Position numbers and translations under genes: made by a program | The notes under the pieces: model-generated | What the model was told of the DNA's origin: nothing | Databases searched by the model: none | The model's input: only the letters and a program-made list of their open reading frames with translations | In this document: positions 1 to 8,997 of the stretch, in pieces | Numbering within the stretch: the stretch's first letter is position 1 | Layout: every line of letters starts with the position of its first letter | Assembly: GCA_937892755.1 (NCBI GenBank) | Contig: CALBHT010000086.1 | Location: forward strand, 11-64,010 | Length of the DNA: 64,000 nt | From: an uncultured Bacillales bacterium | GTDB taxonomy: Bacteria; Bacillota_I; Bacilli_A; RFN20; CAG-826 | Direction: 5' to 3'

Positions 1-63
1 GAGAAAAGGCACTGGTGTTAACCAATGCCTTTTGTGATTAACGCTTGTTCCGAAATTTTGTCG

Positions 64-2811
64 TTATTCATCGAAAACGATGCTGTTTAATTGAACGGTA
101 CCGTTTTTATCACCTTTTTTAATGGAAAATTCAACCTTAATATAGTATTGGTTTTCTTTTGGCGTCTCGATATTCACGGTAAATGCTTTGGTTTTGCCTG
201 CCTTCGCTTCGTTCGTGATATCAATGATTGCGGCATCCGCAAAATCGGCGCTTGCAGAGGTATACAATTTAGCAGCGTTGATGTCGCTTAGATTCCTTGA
301 TTCAGTCAAATCAATAGTAACTTTCGAAATGGCTTCTGTGAATGCGGATTTTGTGGCAACAGATGCAGTTGAAGCGCCACTTTTTGAACCGGCTCTAACC
401 CAAGTCCAATTATTGTTCCATTTGTTGCTGTTCCAATTGGCCATAGAATAAGTCATGCCGCCAGCTGAATAATCCCAAGTGTTGCTGTACCCTGAAATAG
501 CACTCCCACCTTTCGTTGGGTCATTGAAATTCAACGTATAGCTCGCTTTCTCCACCTCGCCTGTATCGACTTCGAACTCGACGACAACATCATTCTTTTG
601 GCCCGCATTGAAGGAGCGAGAGATAGTGATGTCCGTTTCGCTATTATTTAAGCCGAGAACTTTGATGGATTTGACTTTATAGCCTTCTTTTGGGGTAGCG
701 GTAACCGTGATGGTCTCCCCATAAGCAATATCGGTCATTTTGCTTAACGAAACATCGCCTTGGCTTGAATCATATGCGACATTGGCAGTGAAGGTCGGAT
801 TGATATCTTCGACATAAACAAGAGCGTTCTTGATTTCTTTAGTTTTATTATTGCCGAAGACCGCGAAAGTTCCCATCATCGTGACGAACTTACCCTCATA
901 AGCTTTTGAAAGGGCAGTTTCCTTTGAATAGTCAAGGAAATAAGTTCCGTCCTCTTTTAGGGTGTAGGTGCCACCGAAATAGGAACCGAAAATCGTGATC
1001 TGTCCGCCATCAAAACCTTCGAGAATCGCATTGCCGTATTCTTCATTGGTAACGTTCTTGACAAATCCAGAAACGCAATAGATGTTCTTGGTGTCGTCTT
1101 TTTCCATGGCAAGCATCTCATTGACGCTCTTTTCGATGACTCCGCCGTCGATGACCGTCTTTGTGCCTTCTTGCCACAAATCAGTATCGACATTGTCATA
1201 GGTTGCCATATAGATAAGCGCATCAGTGGTGAGCTTAGTGTTGTAATCTCTAGAATGGACAGACACTTTGTGAGCGCCATTGCTCGCGATAGCTTTGCTA
1301 TTACCGGTGATGGAAAGATTCACATCTTGCTTATAGGCAGCGCTATCATTCCCGACGACAAGCGCGGCTGATGGAACTTCGTTTCCGCTTCTCCAGTCTC
1401 TTGTGACTTTAACATATTCCGTGTTAAGTGTTTTGTTAGCGTCATTGAGCGCGAGCCAATCACCAGTAACCTCAATCTGGGTATCAGTAATCTTCCAATC
1501 GCCAGTTCTTGCGATAATGCCTTGGCGATCTGCTTTGAATTTGGAATTAGAAATAGAGACCTTTAAGCCAAGGACGTTGCCAAGCATAGCGGCATTGTCT
1601 TTGTCTTCTGTAGTAACAGTGATTTCAGAGTCAGTAATCTCGATATTGGCGTTTTCCCCTTCAATATTGTTGGTTCCAACACCATAGGTCCCTTTGAAAT
1701 TGATTTTGGAGCCACGAATTGTGATATCCGAAATTTGGCTTCCATAAACCGCGGCAGAAGTCGCTGGATATTCATTCTCGTTTGTGAGAGTCACTCCTTC
1801 CATGAGAAGAGAGTTCGCAAATTGCGCGTCGATGACATTGTAATTCTTGCTGCCTGGAACGAATGAGGCCTTGCTAACGATATTGCCGTTTTTGATGACA
1901 ATGTCCTGTAATTTGCCTTCTTCGGCGTTAATGCCATTCGGATTATTGAGTGTTAACGTGTGACCGCCAAGATCATAAGTGGTCGCTTTTCCCGCCAAAG
2001 GAAGAACACCATCAACGGTTAGATCCTGCGTCAAAACGATTTTCGCTTCTTGGGCGGTAGCAACCGCATTCTTAACATCATCGGTTAACGCATCACCAAT
2101 TTTCGCACCAGAAACAAACGTCGCGCGGACAACGAATCCGCCTTCCACCATCTTCGTGGTATAAGAATTGGTTGCTTCATCCACTGCAACGGCTTCGCCA
2201 TTGAGATAAAGTTGATCGGCTAATTTGCCTTTATTTGGATAAACGGTGAATGTGATATCGGTACCGACAATTGCACTGCCGACACTTGGGACAACATATC
2301 CGCCATCGGATGGAAGAATCGTGCATGCCCAAGCGGTTTTACCATCTTCTCCTTTTTCACCATCGGCGCCTTTTTCGCCTTGAGGGCCTTGCTCGCCTTG
2401 AGGGCCTTGCTCGCCTTGAGCGCCATTGGATCCGGCTGCGCCAGGGTCGCCTTTGTCGCCTTTATCGCCCTTATCTCCTTTGTCGCCTTTATCGCCTTTG
2501 TCGCCTTGGAGACCTTGCTCGCCTTGAGCGCCATTGGATCCGGCTGCGCCAGGGTCGCCTTTGTCGCCTTTATCGCCCTTATCTCCTTTGTCGCCCTTGT
2601 CGCCTTTGTCACCTTTTGGACCTTGTTCTCCTTTGATAGATGCAAGCCATTCTTGATAAGTCATGGTTCCACCATCTTGTTGGTAGAGAACATAAGCGGC
2701 ATATTGATCGGCATCAACCGATGAAGTAGCCGGCGAGTTGGTGCAGCCCACTAATCCGCCTAAAACTAATGCGGCACTAGCGAGAGTCAACAATGCTTTG
2801 TTTTTCTTCAT
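64..2811 (-). CDS. Collagen-like repeat surface lipoprotein. GDK/GXY triple-helix repeats are followed by a probable beta-helix/adhesin-like region.
   Basis: Signal peptide MKKNKALLTLASAALVLGGLVGC carries a lipobox. The translated repeat is GDKGDKGDKGDKGDKGDPGAAGSNGAQGEQG(L/P)QGDKGDK. An RBS (AGGAGG) lies upstream of the ATG at 2811. Confidence 0.8.
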   Translation of the reverse strand: MKKNKALLTLASAALVLGGLVGCTNSPATSSVDADQYAAYVLYQQDGGTMTYQEWLASIKGEQGPKGDKGDKGDKGDKGDKGDKGDPGAAGSNGAQGEQGLQGDKGDKGDKGDKGDKGDKGDPGAAGSNGAQGEQGPQGEQGPQGEKGADGEKGEDGKTAWACTILPSDGGYVVPSVGSAIVGTDITFTVYPNKGKLADQLYLNGEAVAVDEATNSYTTKMVEGGFVVRATFVSGAKIGDALTDDVKNAVATAQEAKIVLTQDLTVDGVLPLAGKATTYDLGGHTLTLNNPNGINAEEGKLQDIVIKNGNIVSKASFVPGSKNYNVIDAQFANSLLMEGVTLTNENEYPATSAAVYGSQISDITIRGSKINFKGTYGVGTNNIEGENANIEITDSEITVTTEDKDNAAMLGNVLGLKVSISNSKFKADRQGIIARTGDWKITDTQIEVTGDWLALNDANKTLNTEYVKVTRDWRSGNEVPSAALVVGNDSAAYKQDVNLSITGNSKAIASNGAHKVSVHSRDYNTKLTTDALIYMATYDNVDTDLWQEGTKTVIDGGVIEKSVNEMLAMEKDDTKNIYCVSGFVKNVTNEEYGNAILEGFDGGQITIFGSYFGGTYTLKEDGTYFLDYSKETALSKAYEGKFVTMMGTFAVFGNNKTKEIKNALVYVEDINPTFTANVAYDSSQGDVSLSKMTDIAYGETITVTATPKEGYKVKSIKVLGLNNSETDITISRSFNAGQKNDVVVEFEVDTGEVEKASYTLNFNDPTKGGSAISGYSNTWDYSAGGMTYSMANWNSNKWNNNWTWVRAGSKSGASTASVATKSAFTEAISKVTIDLTESRNLSDINAAKLYTSASADFADAAIIDITNEAKAGKTKAFTVNIETPKENQYYIKVEFSIKKGDKNGTVQLNSIVFDE
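2377..2630. repeat. Tandem 108-bp (36-codon) repeat of about 2.3 copies inside the collagen-like gene, with nested 9-bp GDK sub-repeats.
   Basis: The unit gccttgagcgccattggatccggctgcgccagggtcgcctttgtcgcctttatcgcccttatctcctttgtcgcc is identical at 2413 and 2521. Partial copies flank it. Confidence 0.7.
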
Positions 2812-2930
2812 AGCTATCTTGTGAACCTCCTAATAGTTCATAGTCCATTATAATAGACGAAAAGGCGAGAAAGAGACACTCTTTTTCCGAATGGTTAAAT
2901 TAAAACGCGATGTAATCGGAATAAAATCTT

Positions 2931-2955
2931 AAAAAAGAGGGCGAGTCGCCCCCAT
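2931..2955 (-). terminator. Candidate rho-independent terminator downstream of the 150-aa gene.
   Basis: GC stem gggcg/cgccc with an A6 run on the plus strand, which is a U-tract in the minus-strand transcript. Confidence 0.35.
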
Positions 2956-2969
2956 CAAAAAATGAACAA

Positions 2970-3422
2970 TTATCTCTTTTTGTTTGCTCTTTTTGCTTTG
3001 CGTCTTTCTGAAGTCTCACGCTCAACAAGCTTTTTTAATAGACGTAAGTCATGATCGGATAATGAAATCGTAGTGTCAATGAGTCCGCCTGCATTCGTGA
3101 GCTTTGCATAAACAAAACTTGAAATCGTTGGGTATTGGGCGAGCTCCTTTTTCGTCACCGCTTCGTAACGAGGATAAGAAGGGTCTTTCTTTTTATTCTC
3201 TTCTTGATAAATTGCCTCTTCGATAGGCTCTGCCAAATCCTTAATATTCACGCTGGAATCCATAAGCAAAACAGGATTGATGAAGGAGAGATCATCGGCA
3301 AGAACATCCTGATAAATACCAACCCCATGGCTAAGCATATCCAAGGAAATGTATTTTCTTTTGCTTTCTTTTTTCAAATAAGAAGAGACTTTTTTAAGAT
3401 TCGATAGAGTCGATTTCTTCAT
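2970..3422 (-). CDS. Hypothetical 150-aa protein with a basic C-terminus (RRKAKRANKKR). It may bind DNA or RNA.
   Basis: Intact ORF with start MKKSTLSNL. No recognisable motif. Confidence 0.55.
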   Translation of the reverse strand: MKKSTLSNLKKVSSYLKKESKRKYISLDMLSHGVGIYQDVLADDLSFINPVLLMDSSVNIKDLAEPIEEAIYQEENKKKDPSYPRYEAVTKKELAQYPTISSFVYAKLTNAGGLIDTTISLSDHDLRLLKKLVERETSERRKAKRANKKR

Positions 3423-3498
3423 AGCGAGTTCATTATAGAATCAATCGAAAGAAATGCCAATTGGCCTATTGACCAATCTCTAAAAATCAAACGACTTT

Positions 3499-3528
3499 TT
3501 GGTAAAACCACGTTTTTTTACTATATAT
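3499..3528 (+). promoter_or_regulatory. Putative sigma70-like promoter (TTGGTA, 17-nt spacer, TATATA) driving unit 1.
   Basis: Hexamers read directly from the sequence. The same arrangement with an 18-nt spacer is at 3970-3999 in unit 2. Confidence 0.3.
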
Positions 3529-3599
3529 GGGTGAGGAGTAGATGCATATGCTTCCTCATAGCCTCCCCGGGAAGATGGGCGAGAATGGAGCGTTTTGTG

Positions 3600-3686
3600 A
3601 TGGACGGCACGGTAATCGTGATCATCCTGATCTTGATCTACCTCCTGGTGAATGAAAAGAACTCTAACGGCCAGAAAGGACGCTAG
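3600..3686 (+). CDS. Small hydrophobic peptide, 28 aa (MDGTVIVIILILIYLLVNEKNSNGQKGR). Candidate type I toxin-like membrane peptide.
   Basis: ATG is preceded by GGAG 9 nt upstream. A single TM segment is followed by a polar, charged tail. The peptide is conserved in unit 2 despite nucleotide divergence. Confidence 0.35.
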   Translation: MDGTVIVIILILIYLLVNEKNSNGQKGR

Positions 3687-3956
3687 AGCTCATCATTCAC
3701 TAACATTATAGCTTAGCCGAAGGGCTTTGCAATGATGGATGCCCTCTTCCCGGGGCCTAGGTATGTCAATCCCCTATTTGTGAGGAGGTAAAGCGCGCGG
3801 AAACTTCCTGATATATACATTTCCTTTGGTAAAACGCCATAAGACAAAATACATGCTCTTAGCCATCGGAGAAGATTCCAAAAGGATAAAAAACATTCTC
3901 CGGCAAAGAATTGCTTCGTATCATTCGGAGCGGTGTGCTCGATTGGGTTAAAAAAT

Positions 3957-4225
3957 TCCAACGACTTTTTTGGTAAAATCGCGTTTTCTTGACTATATAT
4001 GGGTGAGGAGTAGATGCATATGCTTCCTCATAGCCTCCCCGGGAGAGGGCAAAGAAAGGAAAGTCGCGATGGATGGACGGTAATCGTGATCATCCTGATC
4101 ATGCTTTACCTTCTTGCGAAAGAAAAAAGTTCTAATGGCCCAAGAGGCCAATAGAACAATCTTCCACTAACATTATAGCTTAGCCGCAAGGCTTTGCAAT
4201 GATGGATGCCCTCTTCCCGGGGCCT
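3957..4225 (+). repeat. Unit 2 of the duplicated small-peptide / structured-RNA locus.
   Basis: Matches unit 1 at 3489-3756. Confidence 0.7.
4069..4154 (+). pseudogene. Frameshifted second copy of the small hydrophobic peptide.
   Basis: ATG GAT GGA CGG TAA terminates after 4 codons because of a 1-nt deletion relative to unit 1. The +2 frame still encodes VIVIILIMLYLLAKEKSSNGPRGQ*. Confidence 0.25.
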
Positions 4226-4313
4226 GGTTCATTAACCTAGTAGTCTGTTATTACGATTAAGGGTCAGGAGTACTAACTAGCCGTATTTCAATTTCGTTAA
4301 TCACGTAACACAC

Positions 4314-4353
4314 AAACAAAAAACGAACCCACGCAAACGTACATGAGTTCGTA
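4314..4353 (-). terminator. Rho-independent terminator downstream of tRNA-Lys.
   Basis: Stem acgaac/gttcgt, followed by a U-tract on the minus-strand transcript. Confidence 0.45.
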
Positions 4354-4364
4354 TTTTAGTGAGC

Positions 4365-4440
<76 letters not shown>

Positions 4441-4550
4441 AACGCGCATTATGATATATCAAAGAGTGGGTGTCCGCAAGGTGTTTCTACTTGGTCTAAT
4501 TAATGACCTTTTTACCTTAAAACACGCAAAATAGTTCGTGACTCAATTAA

Positions 4551-4586
4551 GACAAAAACCGCTTTGGTTTCCCCATAAGCGGTTTA
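4551..4586 (-). terminator. Terminator downstream of the Big_2 lipoprotein gene. It is usable in both directions.
   Basis: Stem aaaccgctt/aagcggttt, flanked by A and T tracts. Confidence 0.5.
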
Positions 4587-4612
4587 TTGTTTTTGTAGTT
4601 TATTCAGTAAAA

Positions 4613-6406
4613 CTAGGCTCTCGACTCAGCAAAGAAATAGAGAGGCTTGGCTTCAGAGTATCCGCAATATTCCTCGAATTTACTAGTCTTATAATATTCA
4701 AGATAGACACTACCAGCCTTCATTGTAAACGCACCGGTTGTAGAACTGGCAGCAACAGTCCAGTCCATGGTTCCGTTTTTAGCATTGGAGCTCGAGGAAT
4801 TAATAACGGTATAGTGCGTTCCAGATGTGTAGGCATATAAATAGTTGTCAGCGTCTGCGTCGTGAAACTTAAACGTTCCATCCGTATCACCTTTTTCAAG
4901 AGTGAACACAGTTCCATTGAATTCGTCGCCGAGTTTTTCATCGGTAACTTCATCTTCTCCTACGTTCAAGTAGTAAGAGTTTTGGATTGTGTTCACAAGG
5001 GTTTTAACAGTTCCACTAGCAGCATTGGCAATAACAAGTTTGGACCCTTCTCTCACTTCATCGATAGAAGTAACAAGTTTGTATACGGCTTTGTCAGCAG
5101 TCCCAGCAACAGTGATTGTCGCGGTCGCGACCTTGGTTTCGTCAGCAACGCTCTTGGCGGTGATGTGGGCTACGCCTTCTGCAACGCCGGTGACATAGCC
5201 ACTGCTTGTAACAGTAGCGACTTCTTCATTATCACTGATCCAAGTGACTGCTGGATTGGCTCCAGCTGGAGCGATGGTTGCATTCAATTGCATGCCGGCT
5301 CCGACTTTGAGGCTTCCAGTGGTTTCGGATAGCGTGATAGATTCGACTGCCTCATAAGTTGGAACAGCATTAGTAACAAACATGAGAATCGATGTGCTGC
5401 CATGCTCAGTATATCCAGCTGGATAAGCAGTCACGGTGTAACGGACTCCGTTTAAGAACGTAAATGGGCAATTGTAAGTTCCAATATTAATGGTTTCACC
5501 ATCAATTTTGAATGAGGTCTTTCCACTAGCAACCGTCGCAGTTGATGTGAAGGTATAAGGAACAACGTCTTTTGGTAAAATCGGAGAGGCTGTTTGTTTC
5601 CAGCCAGAGGTAATGGAAGAAGTCAATTCGACCGGCGTTTTGAGCGTTGGTTTCGCTCCAACACCAGCAGCAACCTTTAAGGTAGCGTGAGTCGACTTGT
5701 CCGTTGGGTTATAGCTGCCCATTTGGAACATTTGAGTGAAATAAGAGAAAATATCGCCGGTTACAGCAACATAATCGCCGATTCCAAAATTACCACTAGA
5801 AAGAAGGTCGTCTTTGCTATAAACGTAAACGGCACCCGTTCCGTCATCAATGATAAAGCCATTCAGATTGTCTTTAGCAACAATCGTGCCGTAAAGAGTA
5901 ACGCCATTTTGAGCAGTCGTGATGCTACCAATGGCCGTTTTTTCAATGTCGTTCACGGTGACATTCACTTCCGCTTTGACAGTCGGATCGGCTTCTAAGG
6001 TAGCGACAACCTTGGTCGAACCAGCCGCAACGCCGGTGATTAGTCCGGCCTTAACAGTAGCGATGGTTTCATTTTCCGATGTCCAAATGACGTTTTGATT
6101 CTCGCTATTGGAAACGGTTTTCGTGACGAGTTCTTTTCCACCAACTTTCAATGTGACGTTTGTCTTATCAAGTGTGATACTTGCTTTGAGCACTTCACTC
6201 GATTCGGAGCTCGACTCTCCACCGGCCTCGGAGCTCGATTCTGGCGTGACATTGCTCGACTCCTTGTTTCCTTCGCTTGTGGAAGGGGTTGGGGTCGCGC
6301 TGCTAGTTGGAGCAGTGCTTGTGTTATCCCCACCACCATTCGTGCAGCTTGCCATAACGAAAGCAGCCGCGATGGTAAGAGGAAGAAGTATGATCTTACG
6401 ATTCAT
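4613..6406 (-). CDS. Surface lipoprotein with two bacterial Ig-like (Big_2) domains.
   Basis: Signal MNRKIILLPLTIAAAFVMASC with a lipobox. The start was chosen at the ATG with AAGGAG 9 nt upstream, so the track ORF is longer. Big_2 motifs VIWTSENETIATVKAGLITGVAAGST and VTWISDNEEVATVTSSGYVTGVAEGVAHI are present. Confidence 0.7.
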   Translation of the reverse strand: MNRKIILLPLTIAAAFVMASCTNGGGDNTSTAPTSSATPTPSTSEGNKESSNVTPESSSEAGGESSSESSEVLKASITLDKTNVTLKVGGKELVTKTVSNSENQNVIWTSENETIATVKAGLITGVAAGSTKVVATLEADPTVKAEVNVTVNDIEKTAIGSITTAQNGVTLYGTIVAKDNLNGFIIDDGTGAVYVYSKDDLLSSGNFGIGDYVAVTGDIFSYFTQMFQMGSYNPTDKSTHATLKVAAGVGAKPTLKTPVELTSSITSGWKQTASPILPKDVVPYTFTSTATVASGKTSFKIDGETINIGTYNCPFTFLNGVRYTVTAYPAGYTEHGSTSILMFVTNAVPTYEAVESITLSETTGSLKVGAGMQLNATIAPAGANPAVTWISDNEEVATVTSSGYVTGVAEGVAHITAKSVADETKVATATITVAGTADKAVYKLVTSIDEVREGSKLVIANAASGTVKTLVNTIQNSYYLNVGEDEVTDEKLGDEFNGTVFTLEKGDTDGTFKFHDADADNYLYAYTSGTHYTVINSSSSNAKNGTMDWTVAASSTTGAFTMKAGSVYLEYYKTSKFEEYCGYSEAKPLYFFAESRA

Positions 6407-6537
6407 TTGCATTTTCTCCTTATGAAAATCATTTTGATGCACCTCCATTTTAACCCTTGTAGATATAGGAAGCAAACATTTCGGATGCTCAAGATGAAAA
6501 AAGGCCACCATAAAGGTGGCCAATTCGTCGTTACAGA

Positions 6538-6969
6538 TTATTTACGGGAAAGCGTCGCAAGATAATTGATATCTTTTTTCGCTGCATTCCGCAAAAGGAT
6601 CGAACGAACGAGATTCGTCGTCCCAATTGCAAGTAGTACCACGCCAAGGCTCAAGCAGAGCACGCAGATAACGAATTGGAGAGAGGCAAAATTAACGCCC
6701 GTAATCTTGTTTCTCTCTTTCTTGAGGGAAAGAAAGATAAAGAGGATGCCAACAATGAGAGAAATTGCACCTAAAACCTCGAAACAAAGGGCATTCTGAG
6801 ATAAATCATATCCCTTGATGTCCCGCTTATGAGCGGCTTGGGAATAGACAGAAACGTCTTCGGCGGCGATTTCATCCGCCCAATCCGTCCCCTCTTCATT
6901 TCCTTCCCAACCCAAAGTGAAGTCGGAAGTGTTGAAACGCGGTTTTAACGCTTTTTCCTTTTCTTTCAT
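6538..6969 (-). CDS. Small membrane protein with 2 predicted TM helices. Hypothetical.
   Basis: Hydrophobic segments LGAISLIVGILFIFL and FVICVLCLSLGVVLLAI. Co-directional and tightly packed after the nuclease gene. Confidence 0.55.
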   Translation of the reverse strand: MKEKEKALKPRFNTSDFTLGWEGNEEGTDWADEIAAEDVSVYSQAAHKRDIKGYDLSQNALCFEVLGAISLIVGILFIFLSLKKERNKITGVNFASLQFVICVLCLSLGVVLLAIGTTNLVRSILLRNAAKKDINYLATLSRK

Positions 6970-6983
6970 ATAGAACCTCTCAT

Positions 6984-8978
6984 TTAATACGTTCCATTAA
7001 TGGTGACGTCTAAGGAAGACACAATGGTGATTTGATCACGATAATTCTTGCCAGAGGAAGAGATGTAATTCCCCCATATTCCGGTAAGACTTATCTTTTT
7101 GGCTTGGTATTCGGTGGTGATGAGGCGAGAAGCGATTGCCATTTCTTCTTCCGAATTCGCGTTGTTGTAGGTCAAAACGTTGCCTTCTTGGCCCTTATAG
7201 TTATACACATATTGGGCGCCTGCCGGATTGTAATAGTTGGTGCCTCCCGTATAGAACTTATAAGAATGGGAATTCTCCGTCCCGTACGTAACGAGGACGT
7301 TTTGATCTTCGACGATGCGGACCGCATTATCGGTGTTTTTCGTAGAAGTGGTCTTCGCGCCAAGCGAACCGAAGAAAACCAGTTTATTGCTGGAACAATA
7401 GAATGGATAGTGGGTATTGTAGCGATCCACTTCGTGGATACCACCATCGGTGAAAGTCGTATCCTGGAAGCAATAGACATCATCTTCGAAGGAGACAAGG
7501 ACATGATTCAGGTTATTATGATTGGTGCCGCCGCCATATTGGCTATATTGCTCTTGGGTGAGCTCAATTGGCTTAATCTTGTCCGCGGAAACAGATTTCA
7601 AAGAATCGATTTGGATATCGCGATATGGGTCAGCGTCAAAATCGTGATAAGAAACACCCATCATCTGAAGCGTGCCAGAATAAGAAGAAAGCACACCGAT
7701 GACGCTCACATAATCGCCAACCTTAATTGGGGTTTGAGCGTATGTGAAAACATACATGCCATACGCCTCAGGGAGAGAGCCATCAGCTGGTATATCATAT
7801 GACGGCTTATCTTGGAAATAGAAAGCACCATTGATTTTGCGCGTCACATAGCCAGAAAGCTTATAAAGCGTTTTGGAGCAATTTGTGTGCGTATCATCCA
7901 CGTCGAATAAAGGAGTGCTAAGAGTGTATGGTTTTGTAGTTGTAATTGTGACGGACTCGTAGACTTCCTTTAACGTCTTTTCAACTGGCGGGTTATCTTT
8001 CGAATAATAGAAATAGTTCGGATCAGGCATGCCGCTATATTGGTGGCGCTTATTGACTTGGGCGGATTTATTAGCGGCGTCAAAGGCCCAATAGAAATCC
8101 TCGCCCATATCTTCGACGGAGCCGATGCCTTGGGAGAATCCTTGGTAAACCATTTCGAGGTTCAAGCAGCGGAAATCATTGAGCTCTGGCTCTTCTTTTT
8201 CACTATACCAAACGTAAGCAAGGGAACGCTGATTGCCATCCGCCGTTGCCGATTTATTGTCATCCCCACGCGCCCAACCTTGGGATTCGAGAATGATATG
8301 CTTGGCCTTGGACAAGGTTTCTTTATTGAAAATAGAGGCGCTTTTCCCCCACTCTTCTAACTCGGAAGTGGATTCAGGTGTATCGATGCCTAAATAACGG
8401 ATTTTGACGGTGTAACCATAATTGAGCGTCGTAACGTGCGTGGTGTCACCATCAGCATAATTGAGGAATGCTTTATCCCCACTGTTATATTCGGTTTGCA
8501 TTTGCTCAACGCCATTCACGCGGAAATCAAGATATTCGGGCGCGTTCATGACGTTATAGAAAGTATCTTCATCGATATTGAGCTTAAAACGGTCAACCCA
8601 GTCAACGTCTTTGTCGACGACATAAGAGGCGCTGATTTTGTTTGTGCCTTTCTTTAGAAGGTAGGAGTAAAAACCATCCTCCCCTTTAGCGACGGTTTCG
8701 CCGTTCACTGTGACTTTGTCGACGAAGAAATCGGCGATTGGCTCGACTTTGAAGCGAAGCGTGTCGCCTTCTTCATACGAAGCATCTCCGTTTTCAACGG
8801 TCACTTTGCCATAATGGCTATTCGCCGTAAGATCCACCCACGTCGCCTTATTGCTTGTAGTAGAAGAAGAAATCGATGGGACGGAGCTTATAACGCTAGG
8901 TTCGCCATTGCCACCACAAGAAGCGAGTAAGCTCGTGGCGATGAAAGCGAAGAGTAAACTGAGTGCTTTTTTCTTCAT
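6984..8978 (-). CDS. Membrane nuclease lipoprotein with an SNase/thermonuclease-fold domain.
   Basis: Lipobox LLASCGG. Staphylococcal-nuclease signature KIRYLGIDTPEST...GNQRSLAYVWY...LNLEMVYQGFS. Confidence 0.75.
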   Translation of the reverse strand: MKKKALSLLFAFIATSLLASCGGNGEPSVISSVPSISSSTTSNKATWVDLTANSHYGKVTVENGDASYEEGDTLRFKVEPIADFFVDKVTVNGETVAKGEDGFYSYLLKKGTNKISASYVVDKDVDWVDRFKLNIDEDTFYNVMNAPEYLDFRVNGVEQMQTEYNSGDKAFLNYADGDTTHVTTLNYGYTVKIRYLGIDTPESTSELEEWGKSASIFNKETLSKAKHIILESQGWARGDDNKSATADGNQRSLAYVWYSEKEEPELNDFRCLNLEMVYQGFSQGIGSVEDMGEDFYWAFDAANKSAQVNKRHQYSGMPDPNYFYYSKDNPPVEKTLKEVYESVTITTTKPYTLSTPLFDVDDTHTNCSKTLYKLSGYVTRKINGAFYFQDKPSYDIPADGSLPEAYGMYVFTYAQTPIKVGDYVSVIGVLSSYSGTLQMMGVSYHDFDADPYRDIQIDSLKSVSADKIKPIELTQEQYSQYGGGTNHNNLNHVLVSFEDDVYCFQDTTFTDGGIHEVDRYNTHYPFYCSSNKLVFFGSLGAKTTSTKNTDNAVRIVEDQNVLVTYGTENSHSYKFYTGGTNYYNPAGAQYVYNYKGQEGNVLTYNNANSEEEMAIASRLITTEYQAKKISLTGIWGNYISSSGKNYRDQITIVSSLDVTINGTY

Positions 8979-8997
8979 AAATCATTCTCCTTTGGAC

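Larger units (their letters stand above)
3489..3756 (+). repeat. Unit 1 of a tandemly duplicated small-peptide / structured-RNA locus.
   Basis: The 5' module (about 85 nt) and 3' module (about 55 nt) are near-identical to unit 2. The central coding module has diverged. Confidence 0.7.

Noticed and set aside
2220-2724. Several 110-140-aa ORFs on both strands inside the collagen-repeat segment.
   Set aside because: They are open frames created by the GC-rich triplet repeat and lie wholly inside the supported lipoprotein CDS.
3713-3961. 82-aa minus-strand ORF spanning the spacer between the two small-peptide units.
   Set aside because: It has no RBS and overlaps the conserved RNA modules of both units. 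Its composition looks like a chance frame, so it is probably a shadow ORF.
7032-7802. 256-aa plus-strand ORF antisense to the nuclease gene. Similar long antisense ORFs occur at 32061-32816, 35545-36126 and 43279-43860.
   Set aside because: They lie antisense within well-supported genes and have no start signals or motifs.
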